In this document: positions 53,624 through 64,000 of the stretch, one piece after another
Position numbering within the stretch: position 1 is the stretch's first letter
How the letters are laid out: every line of letters begins with the position of its first letter
Source of the DNA: Takakia lepidozioides
Lineage: Eukaryota > Plantae > Bryophyta
DNA: 64,000 bases
Direction: 5' to 3'
Assembly (NCBI GenBank): GCA_030704615.1
Contig: CM060731.1
Span: 28,520,001-28,584,000, forward strand
Notes under the pieces: generated by a model
Database searches by the model: none
Told to the model about the DNA's origin: nothing
Seen by the model: the letters and a program-made list of their open reading frames with translations, nothing else
Translations under genes and position numbers: made by a program

Positions 53624-55210
53624 GCTTTCTGCCTTCCTCGATCGCTCCCACTGCTTTTCTCTCTTCCCCTTCGTCTTCTCTCCTTTCTTGCTCTCCCTCT
53701 CCTCTCTTCCTTCGCAGAACTGAACCAGATCAAGAATGACAGAATCGCTGCAATTGACGGAAAGGGGCGGAAGCAATCATGCAAGCAAGTGATCTCTCTT
53801 GAATTCCACTCTCTCTCTCAGCCTTGCAAGACAAGCAATCATACGTCTGCTTATGATTACCAACAATTCAAGCACTCTGCCCTGTCATTCTCATCAACTC
53901 CAGTAATAGCGAGGTGTCAGAGTGACAGAGTGTGGGACACTCAGCGAGGATGCTTCCACTCGTGAGGACATGTCTTCCTGGAAAGAAGCAAGAAATGGCA
54001 AGTGTGGGTAGCACGTTAATAACGCCCGCTAACTACGCGTTCAACTGTTCGCCTCTCCGCCCTTCCTGTGGACGTTATCAACTGCATTTGTTTTTGCCTT
54101 TTTTTTCTGTGACTCGGGCTCATGTGTTTTGTAACTTGCTTCACCAAAAGTCCAATCTCCTCATTCAACATAAGAAGTTCTTCAAAGAGGCTCATGGCGT
54201 ACAAATTACCTTTAGCTTGTAGTCACCAACACTACTGAATCAATTTTTATTTCAACGTGCTTTCACTGTCTCCTGGTTTGCTGAGTGTGGACTAATGCCC
54301 AGAGGAAAATAATCAGCAGGTGTTTTAGCTGGATCGGGCCCATGCACATAGTTGTTCGTTCGGTGTTCACATGTGGAGGCCATGTTGAAAGCACACTAGC
54401 GTTAAAGGGCAATAGTATACAGGTTTTACTTTGGAAGGACAGTGCTGGATAATCGTGTTTCATGCCACAATTAGGCCACTCTTGAAGGACTTCCATAGCC
54501 TTCAAAGATAGCCTCTCTCACTCAAGACAAACAACAAACAACCATTCATTGCATGAGAGGAGGCACCATCCTCAACACTCACCCCAGAACTTGTGCATGG
54601 CCTTGAGTGAGAAGATCTCCTCACATGAGACTAGGTACAACTTCATTTGTCAGTTTTGAGCAAAACGCTCTCTAGATTAAATTGCAGATTGTCAAGGTAG
54701 ATTTCTAAGCAGGTTGCTACTTTTAACAAAAGAGCATCATGAGGTTCTTTTCTAGCCTCTCACATGTCCATCATCAAAATCATACATAGGTAGATGGATC
54801 TGCAGATTGCAAGCATAAATTGCTAAAACAAGGATTGTAGGACATGCAAAGTGGTCTTAGATCTCTCGAGCATGTTATGCGGAAATAACTCTGTTCAGCC
54901 AAAGATAGAGAGGGAAAAGACGCCAGCCGGAGCGGCATAACTAAGAGCCACTTCGCCTTTCAGCTACGGCCCCCTTTCGGGGGTGGGCCCTTCAGCCAAA
55001 CTACATCATTCCCTGGCCTTCCACAGAGATGCACCATTTTACAATCTTGAGATTGTCGAGCCTAAGACCAACTGAAGAGGGTATCAACAGCTCACATAAT
55101 GATGATTGCTTTGGAATCTCTACACCTTTCCTCTCCTACTTACAAGGCCTGTGGAAAGCAAAACATTCGCCCCAAACCATCTTCAAAATTTGACTGAACC
55201 CTATCAGCCT

Positions 55211-56658
55211 TCAAAGGCGGGGCCTGTCACTTTCATCTACATCAAATAACTTGTCATCTTCATGTTCCTCATCATCACTGTCATACTCACCATCTACACC
55301 CATCCCCAAATAGCGTCAGCCATGAATTAACAGTTTAAACAATATTTTAAAACTGCCTGTGAAGGTAGATGTGACTCGTTCCAGTAACTGCAGCAAGCCA
55401 ACAAGGTCTACATCTCATCCTTAATGAAGGTAAGCAATTCAAGAAAAGACAAGATTCTGATGCAGACCATACCACTCTCAGGCCCAGGTAGAGGTGCGGT
55501 GTAGTCTTGCGATGGCCTGAACTGGAGGGGCAAAAATTCCACTGAGAAGTTCCCCAAATGCGCATTTGACCAGTCTCTCTGAAGCTCAGCCTTCTTACTC
55601 TGAACAAAAGCGAAACTCACCGCAGGTCAAACAGACAATTGATACTCAAACCTGGGGACTAATCCATGGTTCAAGTTTATTCTTCTCAGATTGAATGACG
55701 TGAATGTGAAACTTCCATGTGGAAGCTGAATACTTTTGAAGTATATTTGTTACCCTGGCCAAAATGCAGATAGTAGTGTCCAAAAATCTCTGTTCTCCTT
55801 TTTCAGACATGAATCTCAGACTATGATTGACCATCGCATGATTTTCTGTAGGTTTTCACACCTATAACTCTCTTACTACAGGGAGATTACCATGCAGAGC
55901 TCTCTCTCTCTCTCTCCATACAACAGGTGACTGGCAGTGACCAACACCCTGGTTTCTATTAAGTACCAATACGAGCCTTTAAAACAACAACCTATTCCGT
56001 TCAACCGCGACACAGCCTGACTTTGACGTACATAGGTGGAGGAATCCCCAGGACAGGTCACCTATACGCTCAAGGACGTAGCAAACGATTTCAGGGAACG
56101 GTCGATGAAGACATGATGATTCATGGATGAAGATCACAGAAGCTACAAGAGAACAAAGGCAATTGGGGAAGTTGGGTATTACTGAGAACGTACCTCCAAT
56201 TCGGCAGCCGTGCTTGGAGGCGGGATGGATTCTCCCTTCAAGAGCATCGACCCAAAATGTGCATGCATGATTCTGCTGGTGTGCGTAAGGGCTCTCTCCT
56301 TTGTGGCACCCCGCCCCAGACAATCGCGCGAATCCAGAACTATTGCGTAATAATCGATGGTCCCATCCTCATTATCGCGATCGTCTAGCGATGCTGTGAA
56401 TACTGGATACTGGCGATGCTCGTCGTTTATCGATGACAAAGTCTGGTCCAACCGGGCAAGGGTACTAAGAGGTCGCAAGCGAATCAGAACCTCCCCAGCC
56501 TCCTGGCTGGGCTCGCCTCCATCGGCAGGACCGCTCAAATTGATGTCAATTTCTGGGCCCTCGGAGGCAGACTGTTTACTGCCTTCCAAGCTTGAATAAG
56601 ATCCCTGCTCTTCCTCTTCCTCTTCCCAGCCCCTCCATGGTTTGAATTCAAGACCCAT
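55211..56658 (-). CDS. Spliced gene encoding a HicB-like (UPF0150) domain, a possible Cro/C1 HTH and acidic termini; tentative 8 exons, 260 aa
   Basis: Exon 1 (56658-56194) contains YPVF..EDGTIDYYAIVLDSRDCLGRGATKERAL....AHFGSMLLKGESIPPPS. Further exons 56061-56032, 55948-55891, 55789-55754, 55651-55621, 55521-55473, 55387-55357 and 55293-55211 join in phase (783 nt in total). The last intron is GC-AG. Confidence 0.7.
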
Positions 56659-57699
56659 CTTCGCCTGTGGAGCACGCTAATCGTTTCCGGGAGAGGCGCT
56701 TCCCACAGAAGACCCCAACACTTCCTAGCCTCGTATCTCGAGAAACCTAATCTACTCAAAAGCTTTCTACGCGTGAGTCTTGAGAGGGATCCGGATTTTG
56801 GTGCAAATGAAACCCTAGACACAGACAACGGGAGGCAGAGAGACCGATGCTACAAGCAACACATGTAATCTCTAACCAAAGAAAACATGTAGGACACGGG
56901 TTATGGGTTCCGGAGAGAGAGAAAGATGGAAGCTCTCCCACAACCCAAGAAAGCAAAAAGCACTAGAAAGCTGTTTGCAATCTTGCAACAGAGAAGCGAG
57001 ACGAGAAAGGCAGCAGCGCACGGCAGCAGGAATACCTAGGGGAGAGCGCAAATGAGTGGCCCTTGTTTTGAATAGGGAAAGTGCAACTCCATAGGTTCGG
57101 ATGGATGTGCACGAGTCACTGTGGATGTATTCTTGCTTCATGTAAAGCCTTTGGACAGCATCGATGGATGAAAAGAGAAGTACAAATTTACATGTTTCTA
57201 ATAATGGTACTGTCCTGTCCAACTTTTTGTCTTTTTTTTCTCTTTTTATCTTTTTTTTTCTGTTTTCAAGGAACTTATCTTTTTATTTTTTCCCTCTTTT
57301 TTTCTAAAGGAAAGGGAACAGAGGCTCTTTTAATCAAATTAGTTAAAAAAATGTTCACAAAAGGTGGAAAAAAAAACCAACGGGGAGGCTGTAAAGGCTA
57401 ACTAAGAGGGAACTTCCCCGAAACCAAAGCAAACTAGCTATACTAAGACAGACAGTGATGTAGCAGGGAGAACTAAGTGAAAAGGAGAGGAACCATATGC
57501 ATAAGAAACCTACATGTAAGCGTACAACTGTAAGCATACACTAAGGCCCAAGCGTCTGGTTTGCAAGCGAAACAATGCATGTTCGAGATGAACATGGCTG
57601 GTAGCAAGTCAAGAAAAGATTGTCCGAGAAAACACATGAGAGCGACCAAGCTAAGCAATGTAAGAACTTGAACAGCTCGCTAAAGTCTGAAGATGTGAT

Positions 57700-58300
57700 C
57701 TAAAATTTCAGCTGGGTTCTGAATTTAGTAACTCTAGCCTTCTTGTGCCTCCAATTGAAGTCTCCATCTTCTCCTTCACCAGGAGACATCCCAATCAGTA
57801 GGAGTGAAGACTTGCCAAGTGAACCACATGTTGGGAAGGCTGGTGCCAAGAACGTTGTTTTTATCCCAGGACTGTTGAAAATCATTGAGGAGCTTCTTCC
57901 CACGTTGCTCAAAAGATATGGAAACAGCTACAGTCATAATGCCCAAGCTTTTCTCCCCTCAGTAAGCAGGTCCTGGTAAATGCAAAAGAGGATAGACCTG
58001 CCCCTGGGGGGTTTCCCATCATATACGAAAGCACACCTAGTTTTCCAAAGGTTCCACAATGCATGGGCCCTAAGACATGTCCAAACAAGTCCAAACATGG
58101 CAAACATAAAGCCTATGACTAGGCAGTAAATTCAACAACAGCAGAGAGGTAGAAGGGGGGAAAGGGAGGGAGTCCCAATTGCGGTAGAAATTCAGAACAA
58201 CTCTATAGACAGGCCTGGTGGAAAGTGGACAGTCTGCTAGGCAGTGCTCAATTGACTCTGCCAGGGTCATGCACAAGGTGCAGGTGACCATGGACCCTTG
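57700..58300 (-). mobile_element. L1-type LINE ORF2 C-terminal (zinc-binding) fragment, degenerate
   Basis: CTLCMTLAESIEHCLADCP followed by frameshifted W-rich segments. Confidence 0.65.
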
Positions 58301-58354
58301 GGAATGGGTAATGGTTGAAGAAGGCCGTAAGGTTGATGTCGTGGTCCCTCCGCT

Positions 58355-58784
58355 CTAGCACACGTGTCGCAAGATTTTATAAATTCTTTCACGAGTTTCC
58401 ACATCTGCGGCCACCAATAGTCCTTGGATATCAATTCCATTGTTTTGTTGAAGCCGAAATATCCTACAGCCGGAAGATCATGACATGTTTGAAGAATTCA
58501 AAGTTGTGTAGGTCTTGGAGGTACATAGAGAAGTCCTTGAAATAAAGTAAGTCATCTTTGAATTTGAAGTCGTTTGTAATATGTGGGTTGTCTCGAGGTC
58601 GATTTAGTTGACTTCGTAGTGTCGTAGCAAAATGATCACTCTTCAGTGTTTCCTGAATCTCCTTTATAATTTTTGCATCGTCATATGTGGACATGGATAG
58701 CATATTCAATTGGAGATTTGTTGGTTTCAAGATGATGAATATTTGTTGGTCAAAAGCTGCATCCCCTTCCTTTGGCGCAAGATA
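58355..58784 (-). mobile_element. Ty3/Gypsy pol fragment (RNase H-integrase linker and H2C2 zinc-binding region)
   Basis: FKFKDDLLYFKD, then after a frameshift ILQTCHDLPAVGYFGFNKTMELISKDYWWPQMWKLVKEFIKSCDTCAR. Confidence 0.85.
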
Positions 58785-59790
58785 CACTAGAAGAAAAACG
58801 CGGAATTACCACTGGCTCTTTAATCACTACTGTCTTTTCTCATTCAATAAACCACTAGTAACCACTTGTCAGTGGTTAATCCCGATGAAATGCCACGGTG
58901 GCATCACAGACAGTGGTTGGAAGTGGTTTGAACCACTCGGTATTCCACGTGTAATAATTTATTTTTTATTTTTTATTTTTTATTTGGTAATATATTTTAG
59001 TTAATATATATTATATTCCACGTGGATGGGTGTAGTGGTAGATTGTGAGTGGTTATAGACACCTCAGTGATGGGAAGTGGTCGAAACCACTTGCTACTCC
59101 ACGTGTATTAATTCAAATTTTATTTATGATTTATAATTTGAAAATATATTTTAATTAATAAATATAATATTCCACGTGGACGGGGACAGTGCATGTTGAT
59201 CTTGAGTGGTTAAAGACACCTCATTGATTTGTACCACTTTGACACTGATAGAGAGTGGGTGGTGAAAGACACTGCAGTAATTGGAATCACAATTCTAGTG
59301 GTCGCGCATGAGTGGCCTACACAATAGTGATTGGTGATCCGTGGTGATATATGAAAAACTTTAAGTGAATTGTGTACTTGTGACAGATTTGAAAAACAGT
59401 CGTGTTCATACCATTGTACACTACAACACACCTGGGTTTTTTCAACCTGTCAGTTTGATGATTTTTTTATTTATTGTTGTCATTTTTTTCTGTTCCAACC
59501 ATTCCATAATAAAAATAAAAATATTGAAACATTCAACATAATACACTATAGTGAAATAGTTTCATTATTTCAGGGCCATAATTGCGAGAGACTTTGACTA
59601 CCTAAATCAACTGACTGACACAACCATTTAAACCATGACACATGTATCTGCAACATATTTATTATTTATATATTAATATGGATAAGTAAGTAGTAAAAAG
59701 TTTGACCATATTTTCACTGGAATTTTATACTTTCCACATTGTGGTGTATGGGTTTAGTTAGAACTCCACTGCAAATGGAATAAATCATGA
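58785..59790 (+). mobile_element. CACTA (En/Spm) terminus and AT-rich subterminal region; the other end was not found
   Basis: CACTAGAAGAAAAA starts exactly where the Gypsy frame breaks. It is followed by many CCACT/AGTGG and TTCCACGTG subterminal repeats. The right boundary is approximate. Confidence 0.6.
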
Positions 59791-61844
59791 ACTTCGGAAA
59801 TCTGCCCTCGGAAAGAGGAAGAGGTGGCCGTCGCACTTTGCAATGTAAACCGAATGCAATGCAAGCTTAACAGTCCTCATATTATGATTGAAGGGAGTCA
59901 AACTAAGTGTGGCCATATCAATGCAGGGACATAAATACGAATCATTCAACATTGTAAAATGAAAACAGGGTACATCTAGTACATGGTACCTTTAAAACTT
60001 GTTGCAGAGTGCAAAAGGTTTTAAAAAAATTGCAAAAGTTGCTTATAGGGTTTGCAAAAAGTTAAAAAAATTAAAAAGTTGCCCATCCCGGTAGTCGTGA
60101 ACAGAGGGCTGGGACTTAGAGCAGTGAGCGGCAGGGAGGGCAAACATGGGAGGCCCGCAGTTGGAGCAACCTTCGCATCTGAAGCAAGCGACAAACGATA
60201 GGGTATGTGTGCGAGGAGGTGTCCGCTGAGAGCTCGCCGCTGGGGGAGAGTCAGCTTGGTCTTAGGTCGAGGACAATGCGGTGAGGGCACCTTCTTCTTC
60301 GACCTATTTCAGCCTGTTTTGCGCTCTCATCATACTCAGCCCTGAGTTTGCAGCACAGAGCCGAGCTGGCATGAGTTTTTAAAGATCCTTCACAATGGTG
60401 GGACAACCGCAATCACAGCGCACCCCGTGCCATCGCTGCATGGGAGGCAACTTCGCACCATCGCTACTCTGTTCCCCCTCTGTGTGCTGGCCGAGACTAG
60501 GCCCATAGCCGTCTGCTCCCTCCCAATCTTCCCGCCACATCCAGTCGATTCCGAGTTTGTTTTTGGTAGTCAGAAGCTGGAAGGAAAGCGTTGTAGTGTT
60601 GGACTTGAGGGAGTAGGAACGATTGAATTGAAGTGAGATGAGTAGGAAGGAGGCAGAAAGGGGGATGTAGAGCATCTGTAGGGTGGATGTAATTTTGGGT
60701 GCTTGGAAGAGGCGAATCAGAGAACTAGACAAGGAGAGCTATGGACCTGGCTCATTTGGTGAGCCCGGAGGGTCTTCCACGTGATAACGTCAGAAGGAAG
60801 GCCATGTTTGGGCTAGTGAAAGAGGCGGTTAAGAGTAGAGCTGCTGGCAACAAGCAGGTCGAATCAAACGTGGGGTACGTTGTTGTGGAACTCGTGCTCG
60901 GGTGTGAAGCCCAGTTAGACATTCAAGTGAGTTGGGCATCATCGTTACGAATCTCTAAGGCGTGAGTACGCAGGCTGGAGGTTTTATGGATAATCGGCAC
61001 GTACTCTGCAGAGGTAATCCAGTCTGTATCCCATTCCGGTCGACTGTCTCCTCTACAGTGTTGCCCTGTCATTTCAGCTGTCTGAAATCTCTTACATAGA
61101 TTTTGTCAAGGGACCTCTTTCCGAGTCTGCAGATCTAGTCTTAACTCACTGGTTTTTTCTTAATGTACGATGTTATCTCCCTGTCCTCTAGGAAGCCTAT
61201 TGCCATTGGGTGGACTTGATACGGGAGTACATTAATGTCTCTGTGACTAAATGCCGGCCTTGTGACCTCGTGTCTTTGTTTGTTTTGACCTGAAGCGCTT
61301 GCTCCAGGTAAGGTAGTGCATTGGATTTAGTTGGAAAGCTTGGGGCCTTTCCCTCTTTAGAATATGCCTACACGGGCCATTCCCTGCAACTCCCTGGAGT
61401 GTGATCTCTGAATGGTAACAAGTGGACCCCTACCGCTTGGGGGCAGCCCCTCCGCTCAAATTGGGCAATCGTATGCTTTGTCTAGCATACTCGGCACTTG
61501 GGGCTCGGGTTGGTTCCTGTGTTTAAATTATGGCCTGCAACAACAATCAAAATCTTAGCTCCTATCAACATCAACACTCCTCAGGGTGATTCCTAGGAAT
61601 TGGTTACTTATGCCAAATCTAGGGCTTCATGTGTAGTTTTTTGGGTGAATCCCAGGATGGATGTTGTGTCCTTTAAAACTACATTAGAAGCCCCTTTGGG
61701 CATTGCAACCTTCAAAGTGCCCCTGTTATCAAGTCTCGTGATGGAGCCATTGGCCATGAAATCACATCAAAAGGGGTTGGATTCTTTGTCCGTGATTTCT
61801 TGTTTGACAATTGTGAAATTATCAGCAAGGGTTTGAACTTTGAG

Positions 61845-62530
61845 GTACGAGCATAGTATCTGGCTAAAGCTGAAACTGAAGGGCGGCATGAGTACGAAGG
61901 ACCTCTTTGTGGGCTGTGTTTACATGCCCACAGAGGGGACCCTTAGTGCTGACACAAACAAAGCCTTTGAAGATGTAAAGCTAGACTGTGCTTCGTTCCT
62001 TGCCAAAGGTTAGGTGATTTTATTTGGTGACTTCAATGCCCGGGTGGGTAAAGGTCTCCATCAGGATGATATCATTGGGCCTTTTGGTGAGGACGAGCTG
62101 AACTCTAATGGCAGACGGTTAATTAACTGTCTGGAAGAGCTTCAGCTTCTGGCCTTGAACAATAGGGCAAAAGGTGAACAAGTGCAGTGGACTTGTGAGA
62201 AAGCCCAAACTGGGGAACGTTCCATTGTGGATTATATCATAATGGACCAAAATTTGTTTCCCTAGAGTGCCAATGTGTTGATCGACAAAACTGATATTGG
62301 TACCTCTGACCACTTCCTGGTTTGGACTGAGATCAAAAGGTGTTTTCCCAACACCAAGAGATCCGTTCAATTCGGAAGTGGTGCATAGAAAAATTCCATA
62401 ATGAAGAGGTCAAGGCTGAGTATGTCCAAGCCTTGCAAGAGGCTCTTCCTCATTTTGTCCATTCGCTCCAAGACCTTCAGTCTTGCGCAGACAATGCAAG
62501 AAATGAAGTTGAAAGAGCAGTGGATTCTTG
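61845..62530 (+). mobile_element. AP-endonuclease region of the same RTE/RTEX-like LINE family
   Basis: SIWLKL..VGCVYMP, ILFGDFNARVG, NSNGRRL, SIVDYII and SDHFLVW, with in-frame stops. Confidence 0.9.
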
Positions 62531-62615
62531 GGATATAATGTTGGCAGGATTTACCAAGCATGGGTGTGGTAGGAATGCTTTGGAGACCTATGAGCAAATG
62601 ATGGGCAAAGGGTAC
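62520..62615 (+). pseudogene. PLS-class PPR fragment fused in frame to LINE sequence
   Basis: SWDIMLAGFTKHGCGRNALETYEQMMGKG within ORF 62340-62723. Confidence 0.65.
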
Positions 62616-63027
62616 CACCGACAGTCTGGAGGCTGTGATGGCTGCATACGAGTGGGGAAAAAGAAGCGAAGGGATAGAGTGTGGCCAGATTTCAGGCACA
62701 AGATTACTTATGATTCCCTGTGAATCAATAGCTACTAGCAACCTACATGGGTAGATGGTCAACTGGAAGCTGCAGCAGCAGCAACACAATTGATAAATTC
62801 AGGCATTGCTAATGAAGGCACCTTCTTCAACACATTTCACCCTGTTTTTCCCTCTTATCATAATCGGCCCTGAATTTTCATGTTGAATTCTGCAAGTTAG
62901 CTTGTTGAGTGAACCTTTGATAGTTTGGAGGGACTGACTGATATTGCCAATGTGACAACAAAGTATCCAGAAACAGGTAACAGAGACAAGGAGACCAGGA
63001 GCTGTGGAAGTGATACTTTTCTGACCC

Positions 63028-64000
63028 AAGTCAATGGTGGGACAATCGAGGCAAAAGACAAATGCCTGTTGGATTACAGAGAGTAGCAAATGCAATCGAG
63101 CATAGGAACTAGTGTGATAAGTTGAGTTGGGTGTTTTCTAGAACAATTATAGGCTTGCATTGTTAGTTGCTAGCAGCAAGGCAAGGGTGAATGCATGATT
63201 TGTGCGGAGGCATGGATAGGTGAAGGAGTAGGGATAGAGTGTGGGTCCAGATTCATGTAAGAGGGGCAGATTTCAAGCTCCACATTACCTGAGATTCCCT
63301 GTGGATCAATAGCTACCAGAAACCTGCATGGGTAAGATGGTCAACTGGCAGCAGCGGCACAATTGATATAGTTCAGGATGACATCTGGAACAACTGCAGA
63401 TTTGATCATGTCACCAGGGATCTCTTTGCCCTTTTCGAGGGCTGCCAGACACACTGCAAACACACACAAACCTTATGTCGGCGGGCTTCACCCCTTCCCC
63501 CATCATTTGCTCATAGGTTGGAGCCTCCATCCCGCACCCCTGCTGTGCATACCCCGCAATTTGCTCATAGGTCTCCAAAGCCTCCATCCTGCACCCCTGC
63601 GAGCATCACACTCCACGACATCACATCCCGTTCGCCAAAGTGTTGAACACTCTCTTGGCATCCTTGATGCACCCACATTTGGCCTACATGTCCACCAAGG
63701 CAAAGACAATGTTCAGAATGACATCTGGTAATCTGATAAGCATCCACCTTTTTTCCTCGGTTGTCCCACCATTGACTGGGGTCAGAATAGTATTCATTCT
63801 GCTCCTTCAGCTATCCATGCCTATGCACAAATCAAGTATACATCCTTGCCTTGCTGCTAGCAGCTGATGATGACAGCCTAGATTTGTTCTAGGAAACATC
63901 CAACTCAACTTATCACACTAGTTCCTATGCTCAATTGCATTTGCTACTCTCTATAATCCAACAGGCATTCACCTTCTTGCCTCGATTACCCACCATTGAT
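63028..64000. repeat. Inverted duplication: 63028-63230 versus 63800-64000
   Basis: For example GCATAGGAACTAGTGTGATAAGTTGAGTTGG (~63100) is the reverse complement of CCAACTCAACTTATCACACTAGTTCCTATGC (~63900). Confidence 0.9.
63410..63750 (-). pseudogene. Degenerate PLS-class PPR fragment
   Basis: Frameshifted ALVDM.AKCGCIKDAKRVFN..RDVMSWSVMLAG..TYEQM. Confidence 0.65.

Noticed and set aside
53366-53965. 199-aa plus-strand ORF, and similarly 39171-39704
   Set aside because: They are antisense shadows of better-supported minus-strand genes.
56535-56828. HicA-like toxin upstream of the HicB-like gene (KLLSRLGF...TISVLH)
   Set aside because: It has a non-ATG start and lacks the catalytic GSH motif. 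The stretch ends in an acceptor (CTCCACAG) just before the HicB-like ATG, so it is probably a 5'UTR intron and the resemblance likely chance.
60380-61600. LINE ORF1 upstream of the endonuclease fragment
   Set aside because: The position is plausible, but the sequence is too degenerate to identify any domain.

Overview
Eukaryotic, intron-rich land-plant nuclear DNA, probably from a seed-free lineage (inferred from PLS-type PPR fragments, RTE/RTEX-like LINEs and G-rich splice acceptors). Bases 1-22.5 kb are a transposon nest. It holds internally deleted LINE copies, a P-element-like transposase remnant, and a large Mutator-like element (MULE) with a SWIM transposase, an Ulp1/C48 protease and a third ORF. 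A second ~8.5 kb MULE (target-site duplication, TSD, TGCTCCATC) is inserted into the Ulp1 gene and carries a ~5 kb palindromic satellite with switching higher-order repeats. Bases 27-57 kb hold host genes: a 10-exon UNC93-like MFS protein, a DTW-domain tRNA-modification enzyme, a 10-exon sorcin-like penta-EF-hand protein, an orphan ORF and a conserved plant Cys/His-motif protein. The most interesting gene is a spliced 8-exon model (55211-56658, minus strand) whose product looks like a bacterial HicB antitoxin, with a HicB-like fold and a possible Cro/C1-type helix-turn-helix (HTH). Bases 57.7-64 kb are again repeat debris (L1, Gypsy, CACTA, LINE endonuclease, PPR fragments, inverted duplication). 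All family calls are by-eye motif recognition; no database searches were run.
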